DNA of 60,654 nucleotides, the filler included, from Dugesia japonica (taxonomy: Eukaryota): the NCBI GenBank assembly GCA_001938525.1. It is 6 parts of 6 records of this genome, joined end to end, with 100 filler letters (N's around TTAATTAATTAA, not from the genome) between each part and the next. Parts side by side here need not be neighbours in the genome. Positions count along the whole stretch, not along the records: positions 18,918 to 31,388 come from MQRL01646935.1; positions 31,489 to 40,587 come from MQRL01588408.1; 4 more parts are not named here. One strand, written 5' to 3'. Shown here one piece after another: positions 25,371 to 36,200 of the stretch; within the stretch, counting starts at the first letter, position 1, and each line of letters opens with the position of its first letter. The notes beneath the pieces are model-generated. The model was not told the DNA's origin, searched no databases, and saw only the letters and a list, made by a program, of their open reading frames with translations. A program made the translations under genes and the position numbers.

Positions 25371-25604
25371 TGAAAAATGTCAAAATAGTGGTGCTAAGCA
25401 ATGGTAATTATTAATATACTACCCAGTAAGTTAGATTTTATCAATTATTCATAACTCAAATAAATTTTGAAATCTCAATTAATAAATTAGAGTCGAAACA
25501 AAATTAACAAATATTAAAAATGTGAAAACAATATTTTCGATAAATTCTTAGTTGAAAATTATTTACAAAATCAAAGCTGTCATATCAATAAACCATTAAA
25601 AGAT

Positions 25605-26445
25605 AATTGGGTGTGACAACCGAGCTCCCAGAAAACCCGTACTTTCATCTCGTCTCTCATTTCTACACTTCGAAACTATTTTCTCGACTAGCAATTAATT
25701 CATTCATCACTCCTAAATGGTTTGCTTCCTTCGGTATTCATTTCTGATGAGAAGTTCCACGAGCCATCTTTTATTTTAACTACCATCATTCTCTCGGACA
25801 TCAACTTTGTACCGTCTCTATTTTCACTTTTAATATTAACTCCCTGGTAATATTAATCAGTAATTTCTGCATTCATTTTCCTGAATACTCAATCTTTCTC
25901 TCACAAATGATGTTTGGTAATTTTGTTGCTTTTACCTTCCTGAACTATCCATCTCTTGTTCATTCATTTCACGCATCACATTTTATAAATTCAGTGCCAT
26001 AATCGCCTCGAACAATAAATCACTGTTTCAATCATTTTATGAATCATATTTTTACAGATTTGTTTCTTTAATTCTCTCAAATGAATTTTTCTTTGGTTCA
26101 TTTTTGCACGAGTCATAGTTTTACAAATTTGTTTTCTAAATTTTCTCAAATAATAATTCTCTGGTTCATTCATGTTACGAATCATATTTTACAAATTAGT
26201 TTCTTTAATTTTCTCAAATAATCAATCTCTGGCTTGATCATTTTACGAAACTGATTTTATAAATTTGGTTCTTTAATTTTCTCAAATAATCAATCTCTGG
26301 TTGATCATTTTATGAAACATATTTTCTGTAAATTGGTTTCTTTAATTTTCTCAAATTCGGTCTCTGGTTTGCTCATTTTACGAATCATATTTTATAAATT
26401 GGGTTCTTTTATCGGGAGCTCGATCACTAGGTTTCTGGGGCGTAC
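25605..26445. repeat. Element with imperfect inverted ends enclosing a ~60-bp tandem repeat (26020-26410)
   Basis: CGAGCTCCCAGAAA at ~25621 versus GGGAGCTCG...TTTCTGGG at ~26414-26440; unit TTTCTTTAATTTTCTCAAATAATCAATCTCTGG... repeated about six times. Confidence 0.55.
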
Positions 26446-26998
26446 TCGGATCATAGAAAGTTAGTTTTAAACAAATATTAATGGTTAATATTAATAAAAT
26501 TTAGTTTCTGTAATGTAGTTTTCGTCCTTGAAAAAAAAATAGATTTTTAAGTTACTTTCCAATATTTGGCTTAAAAGTAGAAAATTTTTAAATTTTTAAA
26601 ACGAGGAGTGTCTACTTTTTCTTGTGTGTCTACTTTTTCAACAATTCTCTATTTTTTTATAGTTGATATTGTTTCATCATATAATTTCTCCATTTGCTAT
26701 ATATCGAGTTTTATTCCTCGATTGCACCCCAGCTTGAGATCACTCATTCGTTCGCCAATCATTATCTGGTGTTGGTAAATCGTACCTTCTGATTTGGTGG
26801 CACCTTCCTCTCATTTGGTGTGCAACTCTCCTTGTAGGTGTTCAACACATCAACTTGTAATTTCTAAATTATTCAGCCGGTCACCTCGTTTGACCTCTGA
26901 ATAATCGGATAGTTGGTGTGGAAAGTCTTTGTCCGAATCATGGTGAATAAGCAGTTTTTGTTGTTTATTTGAGATTTTTATCGCTTGATTCAGACAAG

Positions 26999-28250
26999 TC
27001 ACCATGTTTGGATTTTCTTATGAATTCTTTCATTCATTGTTAATATTATTTTTTCTCTTACTATAAGAAACATGACATGTTTTCTGGCCTTCTCTATATC
27101 TTGAGTAAATTTGCCAGTATTTTCTATGTTGTCTGGTTTATCAAATACTATTCTCTTTCGTAGTTCCATCATCTTTAATACAGCTGGGTTTTGTGCTGTT
27201 TTACCATCTGAAGCAGTGATCCAAACGTCATCATTTGTTTTGTATAATGGGTCAAGAAGATTACTACATTTGTTAATTTCTTTGGGTTTATGATTTTCAT
27301 CTGTTAAAATTACTGGTAATAATAAGACCTTTTCATTATTATGTATTACTGGCAGTTCATTTGTACATTTTGGATGATCCGTTAAAGTAACTTTNNNNNN
27401 NNNNNNNNNNNNNNNNNNNNNNNNNNNNNNNNNNNNNNNNNNNNNNNNNNNNNNNNNNNNNNNNNNNNNNNNTGCCATCAGATCTGGGTTAGTAGAAGCT
27501 AAGGCCATTTTTGTACGTAACAATTCTCTATTTTTTTATAGTCATTTGATATTGTTTCATCATATAATTTCTCCATTTGCTATATCAAATTGTGGTATGC
27601 GAAATCGATTTTATTGTTAATATATGAAGCTAATTTGATGTCCAATACTTGATCTTTAGAGCCTTTGATAAATTCCGTAGATTTATATAAACCGTTATAA
27701 TTGGTTTTCTTTACTGCAGTGGCGCATTTTATTGTTTCTCTTATGTCAATAAATCTCATTATTTCTCTTGAAAAATTGTTACATATATAGTGGGAGTTGC
27801 TTTCTCTTGTGTCACTGTCATTTCTCTCTTTTTGTCTCTTACTTCTTTAGCTAGATTTTCAGCAAATCTTTGTCCCAAAATAGTACACTCATGCGGATTT
27901 ACTTTATATATCAATATNNNNNNNNNNNTATCACAGCTGGAATCTTTTAAATTACAAAAAGGGTGTGTCATTATCTTCCCAGTAACTGAATCGAATGGAG
28001 CTTTGAATTTTCTCAACTCTACTAATACATCCATCTTACTACTAAACTGCTTCTCATTTGTCCCCATAAAAAGTAATTTCCTCCTCCGCACCATTCTTTT
28101 CCGGATGACCATCCAACTGTCTTTTAATTGTCATACTTTTATTACAATTCGTGCGTCTAATTCCACATTTCCATGAACTGTTATTTTTTTGTTTTCGAAT
28201 GCTTTATTACAATCTTCTGCTGATATATTTACTGCTGATATGATTTCCTT
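26999..28250 (-). pseudogene. Chuvirus-like / gB-type envelope glycoprotein relic (EVE or retrotransposon env)
   Basis: Ordered motifs ISAEDCNKAF, FCNLKDSSC, ALASTNPDLMA, CTNELPV, CSNLLDPLY...W, GKFTQDIEKARKHVMF...RE; stops and deletions. Confidence 0.65.
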
Positions 28251-28484
28251 TTATGACCTTAATATTGTTAATCTATATAAATTATATTTGTATAAATATT
28301 CTATATAGTCGACTATTTAATAAAAATGTAAGTCAATTAATTTAAATAAACTTTATTCAGAAACTAAAATCGTCACTACTCAATTTAACGTTTACAAAAT
28401 TATAATAATTCACATTATTATTTTTATCACTAAGTGTCGGTTCAGTAAACCTCGACTTTTTTTGTGATTTTTTTGCGTATTTAT

Positions 28485-28510
28485 ACTAGATCGGCCGTTT
28501 GGCCGTTACA
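28485..28510 (-). mobile_element. Helitron-like 3' terminus
   Basis: Minus strand CGGCCAAACGGCCG hairpin followed by ATCTAG|T. Confidence 0.5.
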
Positions 28511-29589
28511 CTTTAAATCTAAAATTAAGGTGGAATTTACAAATGAAAAATAAATATTTATAAAAACTTTTCAGTAATTACATAAAATTTTCAATTTAAA
28601 ATAAATATTTATAGAAGTTTTTATATGATAACATTATTATAAAGGTTTTCAGTAATAAAATTCAATCAATAATTCTGTACATACAGATTGAAAATAACGA
28701 ATGTCTGGATTTGATCACCAAATAAATAGAATTATTAGTGTTTGGATATTTGAATTAGGGAATCTATAATTTNNNNNNNNNNNNNNNAGAAGCACATTAT
28801 TATCTAATTGTTTTGTATTGATTTGTGCATGTTTGTGTATTTGTGTGGTTTATAATTTTCTGTTTCCCAACAAAACAATTAAATTGAACGATTCACTACG
28901 TTTTTAACTAAATTTTATTTCAACTAAATTTATTTCAACTACAACTTATATTTTAACTAAAACTTATTATAACAGAATTTGCTTATTAAGCTATTAATAA
29001 AAATATGGCACAAGTAAGAGATTAATTATACTGCAGCTTTTAATATACAGAAAAAACTTCAATCAAAACCAAACTATGCCTAAAAATATAAGACCTTGTT
29101 TGAATTCTCAATACATTTCCCAACAACTCTCTTAATAAGCTTTTTAACTTTATAAACTTTTAATTTCGCTTTGGGGTTCAAATCTCGTATTATTCTGAGT
29201 AATTTGAATTTTATTTAGATTTTAGTGCTTTTTTATTGAATTATAAATGCTACGATGTTCACAATAAATACTTTTTTGAAATTCATTGTGCCAGCCTTCA
29301 ACTGAATTATTTCTGGAAAGGTAAGTTGCTACAGCGTTGAAGCTATTCCACATTTGCTCCTTTAATATATGTTGTGGCCATTTACCCTTATCATTAGGCC
29401 TTCTAGTCCATGNNNNNNNNNNNNNNNNNNNNNNNNNNNNNNNNNNNNNNNNNNNNNNNNNNNNNNNNNNNNNNNNNNNNNNNNCTTATTAAATGAAACA
29501 AATGCTAAAGTTGGTAATTTTACTTAATAAAATAAAGAAATATTAATTAAATTTACGCGAATTTAATGAAATGTTCTCTAATAAAGAAG

Positions 29590-30412
29590 AAATTTAGAGA
29601 TAGCACAAGATTGCATTGTTGGTTTTATGTTAAGGGAGCGATATAAAATGACACTGCTACAACAAACAGCTATTCGAGAATGATTCTTCATGATATTGAT
29701 ATTATTCAAAGGGGTCCAACTGAAGAATTATTTTTGATTATGTACAAAAAGTTGAATGAAAAATATCAAAACATCAAACAATGCGGTACTTTTTTTTACG
29801 AACTTTGAAAGATTGAGAATTAATATGTATAAAAACTGGTATGAAGGATCTTTTCGACACACGCCATATACAAATTCACCTATTAAATACTTCAATGGTT
29901 NTTTTAAACGGTTTTATTTAAATGTTTTAGTTGTCAAGCCATTTGTAATGATAGAAAAGGTTTTTTCAATGTATGACCAGTATTCAAAACTAGTATTTGC
30001 AGTAAAACCTATGTATGCCAGAAACAATATGGTTGATAAAGATTTCATTATGGGGAGCATAGAAAATTTGAGTGATCAACCGTATAAAACCTATTACTTC
30101 TTTAATACTACTGGGCAATTAGAAAAATTGAATTTTATTAACTTATTTAAAATATCCTTAGAGTTCTTTGATAATTCTGCTAATATTTTAAGTAAAAATA
30201 TTTGTGTTTATTCATCGGAAACCCCTTCAACGTTTAGAGATGTGTTTTGCACTTGTTACGTTTTGTTAAAAGAAAAACAATGTTCTCATGTCTATAATGT
30301 ATTAAAAAAAAAGAAAATTTGCTCGATTACATCAATGTTCCTTTGGTACCAAAGCGAGGAATTGGGAGACCTAAAAAAGAAAAAAATAATACAAATCACT
30401 CGTATTTGGTAA
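29590..30412 (+). mobile_element. MULE-type transposase C-terminal relic with SWIM zinc finger
   Basis: WYEG...PYTNSPIKYFN (TNNxxExxN-like) and CTC-x7-CSH SWIM pattern. Confidence 0.6.
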
Positions 30413-30569
30413 AAAAAAGTTTAATAAATATATATGTATGAAAATTTATTAGTTGTTTTCTTGTTAGTTTTACTTAAAAACCAATATTTAATCGATGACT
30501 TATGAAAACTTTAAAGTCTTTCAGTGATAACTTTATAAATATGTTACGTAAAAATTAATTAAAAATTTG

Positions 30570-30732
30570 CGTAAAATTCATTAAATTAGTGTAAAGTTCT
30601 TCAAATTAGCGTAAAGTTCATCAAATTNGCGTAAAGTTCATTAAAATAGTGTAAAGTTCATTAAATTTACGTAAAGTTCATTAAAATAGTGTAAAGTTCA
30701 TTAAATTTACGTTAAGTTCATTAAAATAGCGT
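30570..30732. repeat. 20-bp minisatellite (GTAAAGTTCATTAAAWTAGY), about 8 copies
   Basis: Directly visible tandem units. Confidence 0.9.
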
Positions 30733-31388
30733 CACCACCCTAAAATAAATAAACAACACTTCTAAAGTCAACATATTATTTAAATAATATATAATAATAG
30801 TGCATTCAATTATCAGAAGTTCGTTCTAGTGGGAACATCTCCGCGAAACGGGCTAAATCTGTTTCGTCAGGGTGTTCGACTTCATCGGGCCGTAGTAGGT
30901 ACTCTAGAAGCTGTTACCAGCTAGCCAGCTCTCGCGCGTGTCGCAGTAGCTTACAGAATATATACGGTATGATTGGCATTTCCTAAAGGTATAGATTATA
31001 AGTACACGTTTTGTTTAAGAACTAACGCGTTCTAATTGAAGTCATGACAGGTAGGGTAATATTACCACTTGTTTAAATAGAATTCACTACACAAACAGGA
31101 TGTATGGATATTAGTTGAATAGTGATTTCAACGTTTTAACGACGTCGCGCTTCCCCATAAAAGTAGTGTTTACTAATCATATCCCTAATATGAAGTGAAT
31201 GCTAATCACAAAATTGTTGGTAATAACCAATAATGCTTATAATTATAATAGTCATAAAAGGTAACAATAATGATCAATTTAATATCAATAATAATGGCAG
31301 TAATGGTAGTAATCAAAATAACTGGGATAATCTGGATGGGATTCCTGGGTTGCAGCTCCCCGAAAATTATCATTTACATTACTCACAT

Positions 31389-31488
31389 NNNNNNNNNNNN
31401 NNNNNNNNNNNNNNNNNNNNNNNNNNNNNNNNTTAATTAATTAANNNNNNNNNNNNNNNNNNNNNNNNNNNNNNNNNNNNNNNNNNNN
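31389..31488. other. Artificial contig spacer
   Basis: N44-TTAATTAATTAA-N44. Confidence 0.97.
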
Positions 31489-31500
31489 CCAATCGAAGTA

Positions 31501-31550
31501 AATTCCTGACGAGGACAAAGTCGAAATACTGTCAAGAACTAAAAAATAAA
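31501..31550 (+). ncRNA. Minimal type I hammerhead-ribozyme-like motif (Penelope-like terminal repeat?)
   Basis: CTGACGA-G-GAC(AAA)GTC-GAAA-TACT-GTC; stem I imperfect; related copy at 36410-36570. Confidence 0.4.
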
Positions 31551-31816
31551 AAGAAACAATATTTTGAACGAAGCTTTTAATTTAATGAAATCTTAAATAC
31601 GATCAATGGTTAAATTCAGCAATTATTCTCGCAATAATTCTTGTAATTGTAAAATTTTATTATTTATGGCGTTTGATTAACTTAAAATATATTATAAATT
31701 TTTGTAAAAATTGTGTTTACTTTTGATTATGATAATTAAGATCAGAATGAAACTTAGAAAAATTATTATTCTTTTTTACTTTCTCAAATTGAAAGTAAGT
31801 TGATCATTTGGAAATA

Positions 31817-32867
31817 TTGGGTTGTAGAATAAGTTCTGCATTATTTTCAACTACTAAATTCAAATACAAATTTATTAGAAATAATCATTAATCCCAAATC
31901 GTTTAAATAATATCCGGGTATGTTTGTCAATTATTTAATTGTATAACAAAATATTTTTATAATATTCGTAATTTCAGAATAAAGGAAACAATCAAACTGA
32001 AGATTTGAGCATGTCTTACTTTTTTTCAAAAAAAGGTAAATACGACCGAATCGCGACGTGAAATATGCAGTATATATGGTGACTCAGCTATAAACTCTGC
32101 TACCTACCAAAGATGATTTGCTCGTTTCCGTTCTGGTGGTTTCAGTCTCCAAGATAGTGCCCGAAAAGGTCACCCTGTCACCATTAATGACAACGAAATC
32201 TTGGCCGCAATCAAAGCAGACCGACATATCTAAACACGAGAAATAGCGCAGAGCTTATGTAATGAACATTCCACAGTTGCGATGCGCTTAAAAATCTTGG
32301 GATGATTCGTCGCAAACAGCAAACCCAGATTTGCATTCCAAGATGATGTTATGCATTTAGTGGAATTAGAAGGGGATTATTTGTTACGAGCTGCTTCCAA
32401 GTGGTCAGACTGTCAATATGTCAATACTGTGATCAGCTGGAAAAAGTGAAGGAGGCTATGCTGAAGAAACTTCCAGAATTAGCGAACAGAAAGAAAGTGG
32501 ACAGGACAACGTTAACTGCTTTGGTAACCAAACTCAAACTAAAGGATCTCGGTTGGGAAGCAATGCAGCACCCATCGTACTCACCAAAACTAGCACCTTC
32601 AAATTTCTATCTATTCTGATCGCTTCAAAATAATCTGAGCACACAACGATTTCATTCAATGGAGGATGTCAAGGAGTGTATGGAGAATTTTTTTGCAGAA
32701 AAGCTCCAAAGGTTTTATGAAGCTGACATAATGAGCTTACCACAACGTTGGCAACAGGTAATAAACAACGGTGGTCAATATTTGTGTGAATAACATAAAG
32801 ATTTTTATGTTATAACTTCGACTTTCAATTTTGATGAAAATAATGCAGAACTTATTCCGCAACCCAA
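31817..32867 (+). mobile_element. Internally deleted mariner transposon with both TIRs
   Basis: TIR TTGGGTTGTAGAATAAGTTCTGCATTATTTTCA / TGAAAATAATGCAGAACTTATTCCGCAACCCAA; HPSYSPKLAPSNFYLF. Confidence 0.92.
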
Positions 32868-33262
32868 GTAGTTTAGTTTGGAATATAATTTGTTTATCAA
32901 TATAAAAAGAAACATGAAAATAAGTGTAAATTTTTAATTCGATAAATACGAAAAATGAGATAAGAAATTGAAACTAGCTTATTACTGAACAGGAAATTCT
33001 TAGATAACGCATCACTGGTTATAATCCTGTACCAATATAAAAATAATTAAATATTTTAATTTTAATATAATGTATTCAAAACAGAAAATCTTAATTTAGT
33101 TTTAATGAATTTCAAAACTAACAATAGTGACATTCTAATTTAACATCACTACAACATCAATTAAACATAAATTGAAAACTTCATTGCATAGATACTTTTA
33201 TAAAAAAAAACTGATAAAATTATTACGATAAGATAATTATTAAGAATTAAAGAGATTCTTAC

Positions 33263-36200
33263 CAACATGAGCCTGTTTAAGAGCTCCAACATCATTTGTT
33301 CCGTCACCACACATTAATGTTACATAACCCAAATCTTTTAACCCAATAACAATCTGTTCTTTTTGCTTAGGAGCTACTCTTGCATAAACCCGAATAACTG
33401 GTAACATTTTACGTAGAAAGCGTAAATCGGTTTTCTCTAAAAATTTGATTCCTTCTCCAGTCAAACAAAAATCATATTTTCCAATTAATTCCTTTAAGGG
33501 CTTATTACTAAAATTCCATTTCAATATCACAGTGTTACTAATCGATTGCCAATGCCATTCATTATCTATTGAATGATAATTATAAATTAATAATCAGTAA
33601 TAATAAATACCAAAGCTGTTGGGCTTAGTCAAAACTAGAGTATGTTCTTTTCTCAAAAACCTTAATTCTTTACTAATGTGACATGCCGTCAATGGATTGT
33701 CTCCAGTTATCATGGTAACATGATGACTGGATTGTAAGATTTCTTTAATAACATATTTTGTATCTTTCTTCAAAGGACATGAAATAACAACAAATCCACA
33801 GAAATTCAATTCTTTTTCAATATCGGATCTTTTCAAATCTCTAACCTAATAAATCTATAATTAAGTAATACAAAAACAAATTCGCACAGCTTGATGTGAA
33901 AGTATTCCAATATCCTTTTGTCCCAATGCTAGCACTCTTGCACCTCGCCGAGATAAATCAAGATAAATTTGATCATAGTCTTTAGGAGCATCGATATACA
34001 TATCCTTCATAATTTCTGGAGAACCTTTTACAGTGGCTATGTAGGAAATATCTACGGATCCTAATTTTGAATGCCCAGCAATTACAGACATTCTCTGTAA
34101 GGAACTACTAAAATGAAATCGATAATAGATTTTCAACGGATGTGTTTTATAGATTGAACTGGGAAAAACAACATCTCCTTTAGATAATGTCCAACTAGCA
34201 GATTCTATTATTGCTTTTTCAAGTGGATCTCCAATTATATCGTAATCCATTTGAACAAGCGAATGGCAAGTTGCTAATACTTGTACTGTTTTAAGTGGGC
34301 ATTCGTTTACAGGAATTAGACCATTGCTAGACGTATGTATATCCGGACTAAATAATTAATTGTAAAAATTTTGTCATGGAGATAAATGTAAATTAATTTA
34401 TATCTTTAAAAAATTACTTCAATCCTGCTACGCCATCAACCAACATTTCATCCTTTGTCAATGTACCAGTTTTATCAAAACAACAAATATCTATCTTACC
34501 AGCAAACGGTATTCTGAATGGTTCTGTACAAAAGACCACTAAACACATATATTGACATAAATATATCTGCATATAAAAAATACATACACAATTTTGTTAG
34601 AGCTAATAAGGATGAATTTACGGCTAATGATAATTCAATAGGCAATTCTGGTGGGACTACTGACGTTAATATAAGAGTACATTCTAAAAACAATTTGTAT
34701 TTGTTTCGTTTTGGATCTTGAGTTCCTGAATGAAGTAATTTAAACGTAAATAAAAATATATTCTCATAAAATGATAATATTTATCTCTAAAATATAAATT
34801 TCAAAATTTATTCTGCTTTCATTTCTAATACATAGTCCTCATAATACAGTATTTTAAAACTTTAAATTTTAGTTCTTCTATAATACATTTTCGAATGCAG
34901 CCTTTTTGTCCAATCAATCTTCCACATTAAAAAAAGGCAAACTTGTATTGTTAATTAATAAATTTTAACGTTTGATTTAGCGCACCACTATTTAATATTA
35001 TTTAAAAGTTGGTAAAAAATATTATACTAACTTCATAATAAATGAAAGTTCAAATTCTATTTTTTAAAAATAGCATTATAAATATATGTATTCGATTGAA
35101 AAAAATTTGATTTGTATTATCAATATGAAAGCTGTTTAAAAACGAAAATGTGAATTAAAAATTCATTATATTTCCATATATGTGATGTATATGGAAATAT
35201 ATTAAGTGTTCGTCAATGCCAGGAGTAGTTCACTCGATTCCGATCAGGAGACTACAGCTTTCATGATTAGCCAAAAACTGGATGGCAAACTTTGTTGGAC
35301 AGAGCTCTGAGCTCTGAGCTTTGAGAGCTCTGTTCGAATGAAACAATCTTAGAAATGGCTCAGACACTGGGGAGCGGATGCGCCTAACAGTAATTGAAAA
35401 GCACTGCAGAGCCAAAAATGGGTTCCCCATAAATTAACGGAAGATTACTGCGAATTTTTATCTGCAATTTATTGGTTATTAGACATGAAAAGGAAACGTT
35501 TCTTCGACATCTTGTTACCGGTGATGAGAAATGGGTTTTGAATGATAACCCTGTTTGCAGAAAACAACACCTATCTCGTGGTGAGAAGCCATTAAAGACC
35601 GCATGACCTGGACTTCCCTCGAAAAAGGCATTGCTCTGTGTTTAGTGCCATCTCAATGGAATAATATATTTCCAAGTGCTTAGGATTGGTCAGACTGTGA
35701 CTGCTGACATTTATTGTCATCAATTGGAGCAGTTACATGAAGCTCTGATAGCAAAACGACAAGCACTGGTCAACAGAANAGGAATTGTACTTCATCAAGA
35801 TTACGCTCGTCCACACACCACAAAAGTCACTCAACAAAAACTCAGAAATTGTGGTTGAGATCTCCTACCACACTCATCATATAGTCCTGATTTGGCTCCC
35901 ACTGATTTCCATCTATTTTGGTCTCTCAAACACTTTCTTAACTACAAACAATTTATTAATCTGAATGCTACCAAAATTGGCATTTCAGAAAACTGCTTTA
36001 AAAAGCCATCGTTTTATGAGAAAAGTATTAAAAATCTGGTGCAAGGATGGACTAATTTCATTAACAATGATGATGAATATATTGATGATTATTTAATTTT
36101 ACGGAGTAATTAAATGTTAAATAATAAAAACGCGGTTTCTTTCGGGTACACCTGACATATCCGGACTAAATAATTAATTTTAAAAATTTCGTCATGGAAA

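Larger units (their letters stand above)
18918..25380 (-). mobile_element. Endogenous Polinton/Maverick (adintovirus)-like viral element, truncated by contig start
   Basis: About seven intronless, co-oriented, tightly abutting ORFs including capsid, integrase and packaging ATPase; tandem-repeat array at the upstream end. Confidence 0.9.
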
